From Candidatus Subterrananammoxibius californiae (GTDB lineage: Bacteria; Planctomycetota; Brocadiia; Brocadiales; Subterrananammoxibiaceae), in NCBI GenBank assembly GCA_030586555.1, contig JAURAC010000018.1:1-64000 (forward strand): DNA of 64,000 nt, read 5' to 3'. The first letter of the stretch is position 1; every line of letters begins with the position of its first letter. The notes under the pieces were generated by a model, which worked only from the letters and a program-made list of their open reading frames with translations, was not told where the DNA came from and did not search any database. Of the stretch, positions 9,296 through 17,473 are shown one piece after another. The translations under genes were made by a program, and so were the position numbers.

Positions 9296-10192
9296 TTACC
9301 TCTTAAGAGTAGCATATCCAATAAGCTTATAAACTAATTTTGCTGCAGTAAAATCTGAGGAAATATCCGTCGGATTGGGACATAGTTCCATTACATCAAA
9401 GCCAACTACCTTTTTCTGTTCACAAACCATTCTTAGTAAGCGAAGCGTATCATACCATCCCATTCCCCCGGGTTCCGGCGTGCTTACAGATGGCATTATG
9501 GAAGGGTCGAGTCCATCAAGGTCAATCGTTATATATACGTTTGGTCCGAGGCGTGCAACTACGTCGTCATGCCACTTATTACTCTTGTACATGTTTAAAG
9601 CATAGAATGGCTTGATGCCTTGAGCCTTTATAAAAAGGTGTTCCTCTTGCGAAAAATTTCTTATACCTACCTGTACGATGTTGTTGCATATCTCAAAAAT
9701 TCGCCGCATAACGCAGGCATGGTTGTAGATTGACTCCTCGTACGATTCCCTCATATCAAGATGCGCATCTATTTGAAGTATCGAGAGGTTGGGATATTTT
9801 TCTAATAAGGCTTGCACTATGCCGAGGGTAATGCTGTGCTCTCCGCCGAGTGTTACAAGCATCTTTTTATCCGTTAGAATTTCCCTGGATACGTTCCGCA
9901 CCTTTTCAATCATCCTTTCGGGACCGCGCATATCAGGTATTAATTCCCCGAGTGTATGGATACCACGGAGCGAAACGTCTTCTAACAGTTCCTCATCAAA
10001 TAGCTCCACCTGCCTCGATGCAGCTATAATTGCGCGTGGGCCCTCACGTGTTCCAGCCCTGTAAGAGGAAGTGGAATCATAAGGCACGGGTAGGATTACT
10101 GCAGTGGATGTTTCATATTGCGAAAGATTTTCTGGTAGCGCCCCAAAATTGTAGCGAACAAAACCTTCCGACGAAGTTAGTTCTTTGCCCAC
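9296..10192 (-). CDS. speB: Agmatinase (ureohydrolase)
   Basis: GGEHSIT, DAHLD, DLDGLDPS, STPEPGG. Confidence 0.93.
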   Translation of the reverse strand: MGKELTSSEGFVRYNFGALPENLSQYETSTAVILPVPYDSTSSYRAGTREGPRAIIAASRQVELFDEELLEDVSLRGIHTLGELIPDMRGPERMIEKVRNVSREILTDKKMLVTLGGEHSITLGIVQALLEKYPNLSILQIDAHLDMRESYEESIYNHACVMRRIFEICNNIVQVGIRNFSQEEHLFIKAQGIKPFYALNMYKSNKWHDDVVARLGPNVYITIDLDGLDPSIMPSVSTPEPGGMGWYDTLRLLRMVCEQKKVVGFDVMELCPNPTDISSDFTAAKLVYKLIGYATLKR

Positions 10193-10195
10193 ACG

Positions 10196-11284
10196 TTAAG
10201 TTCCTTTTTTAATCCGTTTCTTCAATGTCGCAACAAACTCAGGCAACTTTGTGTAAAGCCTTTTTAGGTTTCTCTTTCGTTTGGAGGATAAAATGTAAGC
10301 AGTGAGGATGGGCATTGCAATAGTGGCATCACAATATACTACCACGTGATTCTGAGTTTCCTTTATACACATCTTTCCCCATGAAACGGCCTCCTGTGGA
10401 GTTGCCCCTGAAAGGCCACCCCATTGTGGGGAATCCGTAGTTATCTGGACAAAATAATCGTGACCTTTACTATCAATGCCAAGTATTTGCGATAGCGTTG
10501 GCTGTGTCTGCATATAAAAATTTTTGGGTGAGCCGCCGCCTATTGCAAGGACACCGTTTTTCTTGCTGTTGAAGATAATGGCTGTTGTCTGGAGAACGTC
10601 TAAATCGGAATCTATAGTAATATTACCGCCTTCTCGTGTAAGTTTCATGGCGGCGAGGTTCATGCCTATGGATGAATCACCCGGAGAGGAAGTAAAGATT
10701 GGAACGTCATATCGGGCAGCCTGGGCAACAAAACTGCGCTCTGGATACCGGCACCTTTCCAGTACGGCTTTGCCTAACATATAGTGGAGTTCTGCAGTTG
10801 ACAACGTTCTGTTCTTTCCAGCGTCTTCTGTTACCTTCTGGATAAAGGCATCTGTTTCAAGCAGGATTTCATCGGTAATAAATATATCGTATATGCGCTC
10901 GATACCCGCCTTGTAGAGTTCCGTGTCGTCCACCCGGAAATCACCCTGATGAATGGGCAGGTCGAGTGCAAAATGCAGGTCGTGATAAAGGTTGGCGCCA
11001 GTTGAGATAATAAAATCTATCAGACCACGTTCCATCATTGATATAATAGCCCCGCCGAGTCCTGTTGGGGTCATTGCGCCTGAGAGTGTAAGGGCAATTG
11101 TGGCATCTTCCTCAACCATTGTGGTAAATAATTTACATGCCTCGGCGAGCCTTCCGGCATTAAATGCCCCTGAGCGTCTAAAACCCTCCACCAACTCTGA
11201 AACCCTCATATCTTCCCCAAAGGTAAGTGGGAAGATACGGGCTTTGCAAAGATATTTTTCCCTTAAAGAAGCGTGTTTTTTCAT
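10196..11284 (-). CDS. speY: Deoxyhypusine synthase-like protein (homospermidine biosynthesis, SpeY-type)
   Basis: SGAMTPTG, STGANLYHD, GGGSPKN, GGLSGATPQEAVSWGK with catalytic Lys; located between Arg decarboxylase and agmatinase; start moved to MKKH (11284). Confidence 0.8.
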   Translation of the reverse strand: MKKHASLREKYLCKARIFPLTFGEDMRVSELVEGFRRSGAFNAGRLAEACKLFTTMVEEDATIALTLSGAMTPTGLGGAIISMMERGLIDFIISTGANLYHDLHFALDLPIHQGDFRVDDTELYKAGIERIYDIFITDEILLETDAFIQKVTEDAGKNRTLSTAELHYMLGKAVLERCRYPERSFVAQAARYDVPIFTSSPGDSSIGMNLAAMKLTREGGNITIDSDLDVLQTTAIIFNSKKNGVLAIGGGSPKNFYMQTQPTLSQILGIDSKGHDYFVQITTDSPQWGGLSGATPQEAVSWGKMCIKETQNHVVVYCDATIAMPILTAYILSSKRKRNLKRLYTKLPEFVATLKKRIKKGT

Positions 11285-11305
11285 ATAGCGAATTTCTTTG
11301 AAAAC

Positions 11306-11367
11306 GGTAGACAACGGACTTTATGTCCGTTGAAACAATCAACGAGGTAAAAACCTCGTTGTCTACC
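11306..11367. repeat. Inverted pair of GTAG-type REP elements (family GGTAGACAACG)
   Basis: GGTAGACAACGGAC-TTTAT-GTCCGTTGAAA then TCAACGAGG-TAAAAA-CCTCGTTGTCTACC; further copy at 26187-26216. Confidence 0.9.
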
Positions 11368-11388
11368 CGATACTAAAGAAGGCGAGAT

Positions 11389-11940
11389 TTACAGAATAAA
11401 CACAGCAGCCGCAACGACCGTTGTCCATAATCCGTTTTTATCGCCACGGGCAGCCTGGGTAATATTCCTTGTCTTTACGATTTTGCCGCTCATGCGGTAT
11501 ATTTCTTTACGCTCGTCATAATTTTTTTCGGGGTCAAATTCAATCCCGAGTGTGCTGGCAAGCATCGTTGCTGCGAGGTCTTCAGCGTAGTCACCCGATT
11601 TTTCCTCTGTCTCACCGTATGCATGATGTTCGCTTAAGTAGCCGTAATGGTCCTTCTCTGCAGGAACTGCCATGCCAATAGATGCAGAAATCATACGATT
11701 TGGCTCATTAGTGGCATTTTCGCTCATAACACAGAATACCACCTGACCGGGTTTCATGAAAAGCGCTCCCTGTTCTTTTGTGATAATCCTGCACTGAGGA
11801 GGAAATATGCTTGATACCCTGACCAGATTAAATTTTTCGATACAAGCCTTTCTAAGGGCAAGTTCGAAGGATTGTAACTTATGCTTGTGCTTGCCGACGC
11901 CTTTGGTAAAGAATACCTGTTTAGGAACCATTTCGTTCAT
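11389..11940 (-). CDS. pdaD: Pyruvoyl-dependent arginine decarboxylase
   Basis: [22 protein letters not shown] (Ser-Ser self-cleavage site), [16 protein letters not shown]. Confidence 0.92.
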   Translation of the reverse strand: MNEMVPKQVFFTKGVGKHKHKLQSFELALRKACIEKFNLVRVSSIFPPQCRIITKEQGALFMKPGQVVFCVMSENATNEPNRMISASIGMAVPAEKDHYGYLSEHHAYGETEEKSGDYAEDLAATMLASTLGIEFDPEKNYDERKEIYRMSGKIVKTRNITQAARGDKNGLWTTVVAAAVFIL

Positions 11941-12104
11941 TCTTTTTGTTTACGCACTCCTTTATAAAGTGTTCAAGAGTTAAAGGGTTTAAGAGTTTCA
12001 GAGTCTTCAGTGTAATTAAGCAAATTTTGTAAACAATTGCAATACAATTTTTGTCAAGACTTAATTTCTTTTGTAAATTTCATGCCTTAGATATGCCTAT
12101 GGTA

Positions 12105-13700
12105 TTAATGGCTGACTAATCCTGTCATATCAAGATACACTTTACCACCGATAATGGTCATTATAACCTTAACGTCCTTTATATCTGATTGGGGAGTGCT
12201 CGTTATATCATCGGAGAGCACGACAATATCTGCAAGCTTGCCAACCTCGATTGTGCCCTTCTTTGTTTCATCAAACGAAGCATAAGCGCCACCGTAGGTA
12301 TAGCAGTAAATTGCACCCTCAGGACTCAAGCGGTTCTCTATCACGGGATGATTTACACATGACCAGATGCCATACATAGGTCCAAAGGGCATGCCATCCG
12401 ACCCAAATACCATAGGAATGCCCTTCCTTTTGAATTGTGCGAGAGGATTTATCATCTGCCATCTTTCCTTACCGAGTCGCCTTTCATAAAGACCACCCCT
12501 GTTTCCCCATTGTCCAATAAAGTTTGGTTGGGCTGAAACAACGATGTTTAAATAGCGAATACGGCTTATTAATTTATCATCTACAAGCTCGCAATGTTCG
12601 ATGCGATGTCTGTGGTCTGGTCCCGGATTGACATTAAGGGCTCTTTCAATAGCGTCGAGGGCAGAGGCGATTGCCCGGTCGCCAACTGCATGAATGGCAA
12701 CTTGCTGTCCAGCGGAGTGAATCCTTGTAACAATATCGTCCAATTCCTTCTGACTCCATATAAGTGTTCCAGAGTTCCTTTTATCATCAGCATAGGGTTC
12801 CACGAGCGCAGCAGTTCGTGCGCCGAGAGAACCATCTGCGAAAATCTTTACAGACCCTATCTTCAGCAAATGCGGATTGCGGATTGTCGAAGACCCGCCA
12901 TCTTTTGGGTGGGCGGATTGCGGAATTAATCCACAATCGAGTGAAGGGCATGCATAGTTCCTTATAAATAGTTTTTCTTTTTCATTCGCTCTTTTTAAAG
13001 TATCAAGATACGGCGTCATGTCATGAATGGATGTTATACCCAATCGAACAGCTTCTGCTTGTGCCTGTTGAAGGGCATTCTGTAACTCGCTTTCCGAAGG
13101 GTTAAAGCAGTCTTTAAGCATTTCTTTCACATCGCCACGTAATGATACATTTAGATGACCTGTCTGAGAGCTGAGGGCTGAAGGCTGAGGGCTGAAGGCT
13201 GCTATAGAATGCAAGACTTCAAGGACACGGCTATTAAGCACCCAGAGATGCATGCATATACGCTTGAGGACAACAGGATTATCAGGCGAAACCTTATCAA
13301 TATCCCTTCTTGTGATAAAACGCCCATCTCTCCATTTAGTCTCATCCCAGCCATAGCCAATAATCCACTTACCCTTTTCTGTTTCTCTTATTTTTACATT
13401 AAGTTTACTCAGCACGTCACCAATGGAGCAGGTATCCCGCAGGTCAAGCTCCAACAACTGAAGGCCCATTTGCACAAAATGGACGTGTGAATCAATAAAA
13501 CCTGGAACTACAGTCTTACCCTTTAAATCTATGTATTTAGTTGAGGGGTCACGCGGTATGGTAGGGATTTTGTTAGTATGACCAACAAAAGAGATTTTAT
13601 CATTTACGATAGCTACGACTTCCGCCTTTGGATTTTTCATGTCCATTGTAAGGACATTTGCATTGTAAAGAACCAAATTCGGAGTGGTATAATTGCGCAT
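12105..13700 (-). CDS. Amidohydrolase family 3 (YtcJ-like)
   Basis: PGFIDSHVH, KIFADGSLGARTA, HAVGDRA, HRIEH, GSD, KGTIEVGKLADIVVL; two repeat-derived inserts. Confidence 0.9.
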   Translation of the reverse strand: MRNYTTPNLVLYNANVLTMDMKNPKAEVVAIVNDKISFVGHTNKIPTIPRDPSTKYIDLKGKTVVPGFIDSHVHFVQMGLQLLELDLRDTCSIGDVLSKLNVKIRETEKGKWIIGYGWDETKWRDGRFITRRDIDKVSPDNPVVLKRICMHLWVLNSRVLEVLHSIAAFSPQPSALSSQTGHLNVSLRGDVKEMLKDCFNPSESELQNALQQAQAEAVRLGITSIHDMTPYLDTLKRANEKEKLFIRNYACPSLDCGLIPQSAHPKDGGSSTIRNPHLLKIGSVKIFADGSLGARTAALVEPYADDKRNSGTLIWSQKELDDIVTRIHSAGQQVAIHAVGDRAIASALDAIERALNVNPGPDHRHRIEHCELVDDKLISRIRYLNIVVSAQPNFIGQWGNRGGLYERRLGKERWQMINPLAQFKRKGIPMVFGSDGMPFGPMYGIWSCVNHPVIENRLSPEGAIYCYTYGGAYASFDETKKGTIEVGKLADIVVLSDDITSTPQSDIKDVKVIMTIIGGKVYLDMTGLVSH

Positions 13701-14711
13701 TTACGTCCAGCTAATCTCAATGAGTCTTTCCAGCGCTCTTTTTGCCTGACGAGAATCTATTGATTGTGCCGCAAGCTTTGTAGCGCTTTTAAAATCCTTT
13801 GCCACCCCACTTGCAATAATAGCAGCAACTGCATTAACAAGCACAATATCACGTTTTGGTCCACAGATGCCGTCCAGGATTTCCTTGATTATTAGGGCGC
13901 TCTCCTCTGGGTTTTTCACGGTAAAGTCTTCCAGGCAAGCCCTCTCAATACCAAAATCTTCGGGGCTTACATAATAGTTTTTAACGCTGCCGTTGACAAG
14001 TTCGGACACAAAAGTTCTATCTGTAGTGGTAATCTCATCGAGACCATCCATCCCATGAACAACAAATGCGTGCTTGCTTCCTAAATTTCTTAATACCTCA
14101 GCAAGCGTTGTTGTAAGGCTCTCATCATACACACCAATCACCTGGCAGGCAGCCCTTGCAGGGTTTGTAAGTGGGCCAAGTATATTAAAGACTGTTCTTA
14201 TGCCAATCTCACGACGCGGCTTGCTGGCATACTTCATAGATTCATGAAGCATTGGCGCAAATAAAAAACCAATGCCGGCATCTCTAATGCACCTTTCAAC
14301 GGTTGGAATACTCGCCTCTATATTGACCCTGAGGAGCCTGAGCACATCGGCGCTCCCGCAATTGCTTGAGACAGCAACGTTGCCGTGTTTTGCCACTTTT
14401 ATACCAGTTCCAGCAACGACAAAAGCTGCAGCAGTAGAAATATTAAATGTTCCTTTTACATCGCCACCAGTGCCACAGGTATCTATCACATCGGTTTCTC
14501 CATCAACCTTAATCCTAACAGACCTTTCCCTCATTACATATGCAAATCCAGTAAGTTCTTCAACCGTCTCTTTTTTAATCCTCAGTGCTGTTAGAAAAGC
14601 GCCAATTTGGGCATCTGTTGCTCTCCCTTCCATTATCTGATTCATTGCTAATACAGCTTCTTCCTTTGTGAGATTATCACCTTTTACAACCTTTGCTATT
14701 ATTTCTTTCAT
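13701..14711 (-). CDS. trpD: Anthranilate phosphoribosyltransferase
   Basis: DTCGTGGD, FNISTAAA, KHGN..VSSNCGSAD, RTVFNILGPL, GLDE. Confidence 0.97.
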   Translation of the reverse strand: MKEIIAKVVKGDNLTKEEAVLAMNQIMEGRATDAQIGAFLTALRIKKETVEELTGFAYVMRERSVRIKVDGETDVIDTCGTGGDVKGTFNISTAAAFVVAGTGIKVAKHGNVAVSSNCGSADVLRLLRVNIEASIPTVERCIRDAGIGFLFAPMLHESMKYASKPRREIGIRTVFNILGPLTNPARAACQVIGVYDESLTTTLAEVLRNLGSKHAFVVHGMDGLDEITTTDRTFVSELVNGSVKNYYVSPEDFGIERACLEDFTVKNPEESALIIKEILDGICGPKRDIVLVNAVAAIIASGVAKDFKSATKLAAQSIDSRQAKRALERLIEISWT

Positions 14712-14790
14712 CGCATTTCCTTGTTATCCTATTTATTTTGCTAACTTTAGGACATTTTTATGTTGCTAACACATTTACAGGTTTTTTTTC

Positions 14791-14820
14791 TTGACATCCC
14801 CTAATTATTACATATATAAT
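14791..14820 (+). promoter_or_regulatory. Consensus sigma70 promoter upstream of rpsU
   Basis: TTGACA (14791-96), 18 bp spacer, TATAAT (14815-20). Confidence 0.6.
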
Positions 14821-15151
14821 GAGTTGATTTCATGATTTGAAATTCTTATACAGCGCTTGATAGCGGCGCCTCTTTCCTCGCCTTTAAAAAAACAGACTCG
14901 TGTGAAAAACAAGTCGGCTTCCGCCAAAGGCGGAAGTGCTCGTACTTGCTTTTTACCATTCTGAGTACGTGTACACAAGGCCGAAAGCCTTGGGTTGGGA
15001 ATCTTGTCTTTGAGGCCGTTCGCTACGCTCAAGGTAAGGTTGTAAGTTCGCTTTTTTCAAAAAGGTGAGGCAACCTTGCAAGGCTAATCGAGAATATCAA
15101 TATTTAGTATACATTCACTCATTCATTTTACCAGATTGGAGTTAATTTTTT

Positions 15152-15367
15152 ATGGCAAAAATTCAAATTACCGGTGAAGAAAGTCTGAAGGAGGCACTCA
15201 GACGTTTCAAGAAAATTTGTGACAAGGAAGGCATAATAAATCAATCGAAAAGGGACGCTTATTATGAAAAACCTTCCGATAGACGCCGCCGAGAAGAAAG
15301 CAGAAGAGTCAAAAACATAAAAAGAGCCCAGAAACTTGGTTTAAGTACTCCTCCAACCAGAGAATAG
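15152..15367 (+). CDS. rpsU: 30S ribosomal protein S21
   Basis: ESLKEALRRFKK, YYEKPS; GGAG RBS. Confidence 0.95.
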   Translation: MAKIQITGEESLKEALRRFKKICDKEGIINQSKRDAYYEKPSDRRRREESRRVKNIKRAQKLGLSTPPTRE

Positions 15368-15749
15368 GTTCTAAAGCAGGGTGATGCATACATTACCTTG
15401 CTTGATATATTCCCCGAAGGTTAAAAGATTATATAATTAATTTGAACAAATCTCAAGCGTGTTTTTCCATCCTCTGATATGACATTTAAAACTTACCTTG
15501 GGTAGCAAATCTTAGCGCTTTTAAACCGTTGTCATGCTTGAAGGGATTCTACGTTATTTATTACGCCATTTCTCAGTTCTTACCTTAAAGTAACTATTCT
15601 GCTTTGGACGGGAGGCGGTTCTATTATCCTTGACAATTAAGTATTATGTCCCGGAATTGCTTTTTTACTTGCAAGTTAACAGTATTTCAATGTAAAATTG
15701 GGTGACAAATCTTACAACGACCACGTAAGCCAATAAGCCCGAAAAAAAA

Positions 15750-17345
15750 ATGGATTTAGACGGTATTATTAAAAAGTTAATCATTTCTGCGATAATTGGA
15801 TTATCAATTCTTTTAGGTGTTAACTCATGTGAAGCTTTTGCAAACACCCAATCCGGAAGGGAGCAGTTAAGGCAAGAGCTCCTCGAGTTAGAAAAACTAA
15901 CCAGACCATTTGTTCTTACCCTTCAGAAGGTATCGCAGTTAGTAGGTCCTTCAGTAGTAAGCATCCTTACAGAAAGGAAGTTTAGACCGGAAGATAAGGG
16001 CTACAAGGAAGAAGAAGAAGGATATGGGCAAGGGTTTGCCCCGTTTGGACTTCAACCACAGGAACCAGAGGAAGAACACCAACCTTATCATGACCGTAAA
16101 CCCCATGTACCGTACCATGGTTTTGGTTCTGGCGTAATTGTGAATGAAAAGGGCTACGTGTTGACAAATTATCACTTATTGGAGGGTTTCGAGGAAGGGG
16201 AAATAACGGTTATCTTACATGACGGTAAGAATTACGAAGGAAGTATTGTTGGCGAAGACCCGAACACAGACCTTGCCGTGCTAAAGATAGAAGGTGGTGA
16301 ATTTGAGGCTGCAGAATTTGGAGACTCTGATGCTGTAGCGGTAGGCGATTGGGTTATTGCTATCGGTAGTCCATTTGGATACCAGCAAACGGTCTCCGCA
16401 GGGATAATCAGCGCAAAAGGAAGAACACATATAGTCCCAACTCCAAAGCCCTTTGCATACGAAGATTTCCTGCAAACAGATGCTGCTATTAACCCCGGCA
16501 ATAGCGGCGGGCCCCTTGTGAACCTGCGTGGTGAAGTTATTGGTATTAATACTGCCATCGTTACAAGGACGGGTGGTTATCAGGGAATTGGTTTTGCAAT
16601 CTCCTCCTCAATAGCAAAGGAAACAATGCTTGCGCTTATTGAAAAAGGAAGGGTGGTTCGTGGTTACCTCGGCGTTGGGATAGAAGACATAAACGATGAT
16701 TTAGCCGTGTATCTTAACCTTGTATCTACTAAAGAACTTATGGCAGAGTTTGGCTTGTCATCGCCAGAGGGTGCTTTTGTAACAGAGGTATGGCAGGATA
16801 CGCCGGCATGGAAGGCTGGAATCCTGCCCGGTGATGTAGTAATTGAAATAGACTCTCAGAAGGTTTTAAATGCCTTCAAATTACAGTACATTATACGTCA
16901 CAGTAAGGTTAACTCCATTGTCGCTGTCAAGGTAATCCGGAATAAAACGGAAAGAATATTAAATGTTAAGATTGAAGAACAACCAGGAGGTGTATCTGAG
17001 AGTGCAATTCCAAGGGACTTAAGCCGTGAAGAAGCCCCTCCAAAAATAAATGGTAGGACAGACATTCCTGTCAGTCCAGTCCTCGGCATAACGGTTGAGG
17101 AACTTACCCCTCAGATAGCAAAATCGTTAGGGTACGAGCATGAGACCGGGGTAGTCGTAAAAAGCGTTGAACCCGGCAGTTTAGCTGAAAAGGCTGGTAT
17201 TAACGAGGGTGACATTATTTCCCAGGTGGGACGCTATCCCGTTAAGAATGTTACGGAGTTTGTCGAAGCCATTTCTAAATCTGATAAGGAGGACGAATCT
17301 GTCGTCTTCTTGATTAAGCAAAAGGGATTTATTAGAATTAAATAG
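15750..17345 (+). CDS. Do/DegP-family serine endoprotease with two PDZ domains
   Basis: GSGVIV..LTNYH, DLAVLKI, QTDAAINPGNSGGPL, RGYLGV, second PDZ domain. Confidence 0.95.
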   Translation: MDLDGIIKKLIISAIIGLSILLGVNSCEAFANTQSGREQLRQELLELEKLTRPFVLTLQKVSQLVGPSVVSILTERKFRPEDKGYKEEEEGYGQGFAPFGLQPQEPEEEHQPYHDRKPHVPYHGFGSGVIVNEKGYVLTNYHLLEGFEEGEITVILHDGKNYEGSIVGEDPNTDLAVLKIEGGEFEAAEFGDSDAVAVGDWVIAIGSPFGYQQTVSAGIISAKGRTHIVPTPKPFAYEDFLQTDAAINPGNSGGPLVNLRGEVIGINTAIVTRTGGYQGIGFAISSSIAKETMLALIEKGRVVRGYLGVGIEDINDDLAVYLNLVSTKELMAEFGLSSPEGAFVTEVWQDTPAWKAGILPGDVVIEIDSQKVLNAFKLQYIIRHSKVNSIVAVKVIRNKTERILNVKIEEQPGGVSESAIPRDLSREEAPPKINGRTDIPVSPVLGITVEELTPQIAKSLGYEHETGVVVKSVEPGSLAEKAGINEGDIISQVGRYPVKNVTEFVEAISKSDKEDESVVFLIKQKGFIRIK

Positions 17346-17473
17346 AATACCAACCTTAAACAGGCTAAAAGGCAAAGAGACGTGAGTGAGAAAAAATTGT
17401 AAACTGGAAATTGTAGATTTTAAAATTTGCTCGTTTCAATTTCCAATTCTTTACTTTTTAACCTCTTAACCTT

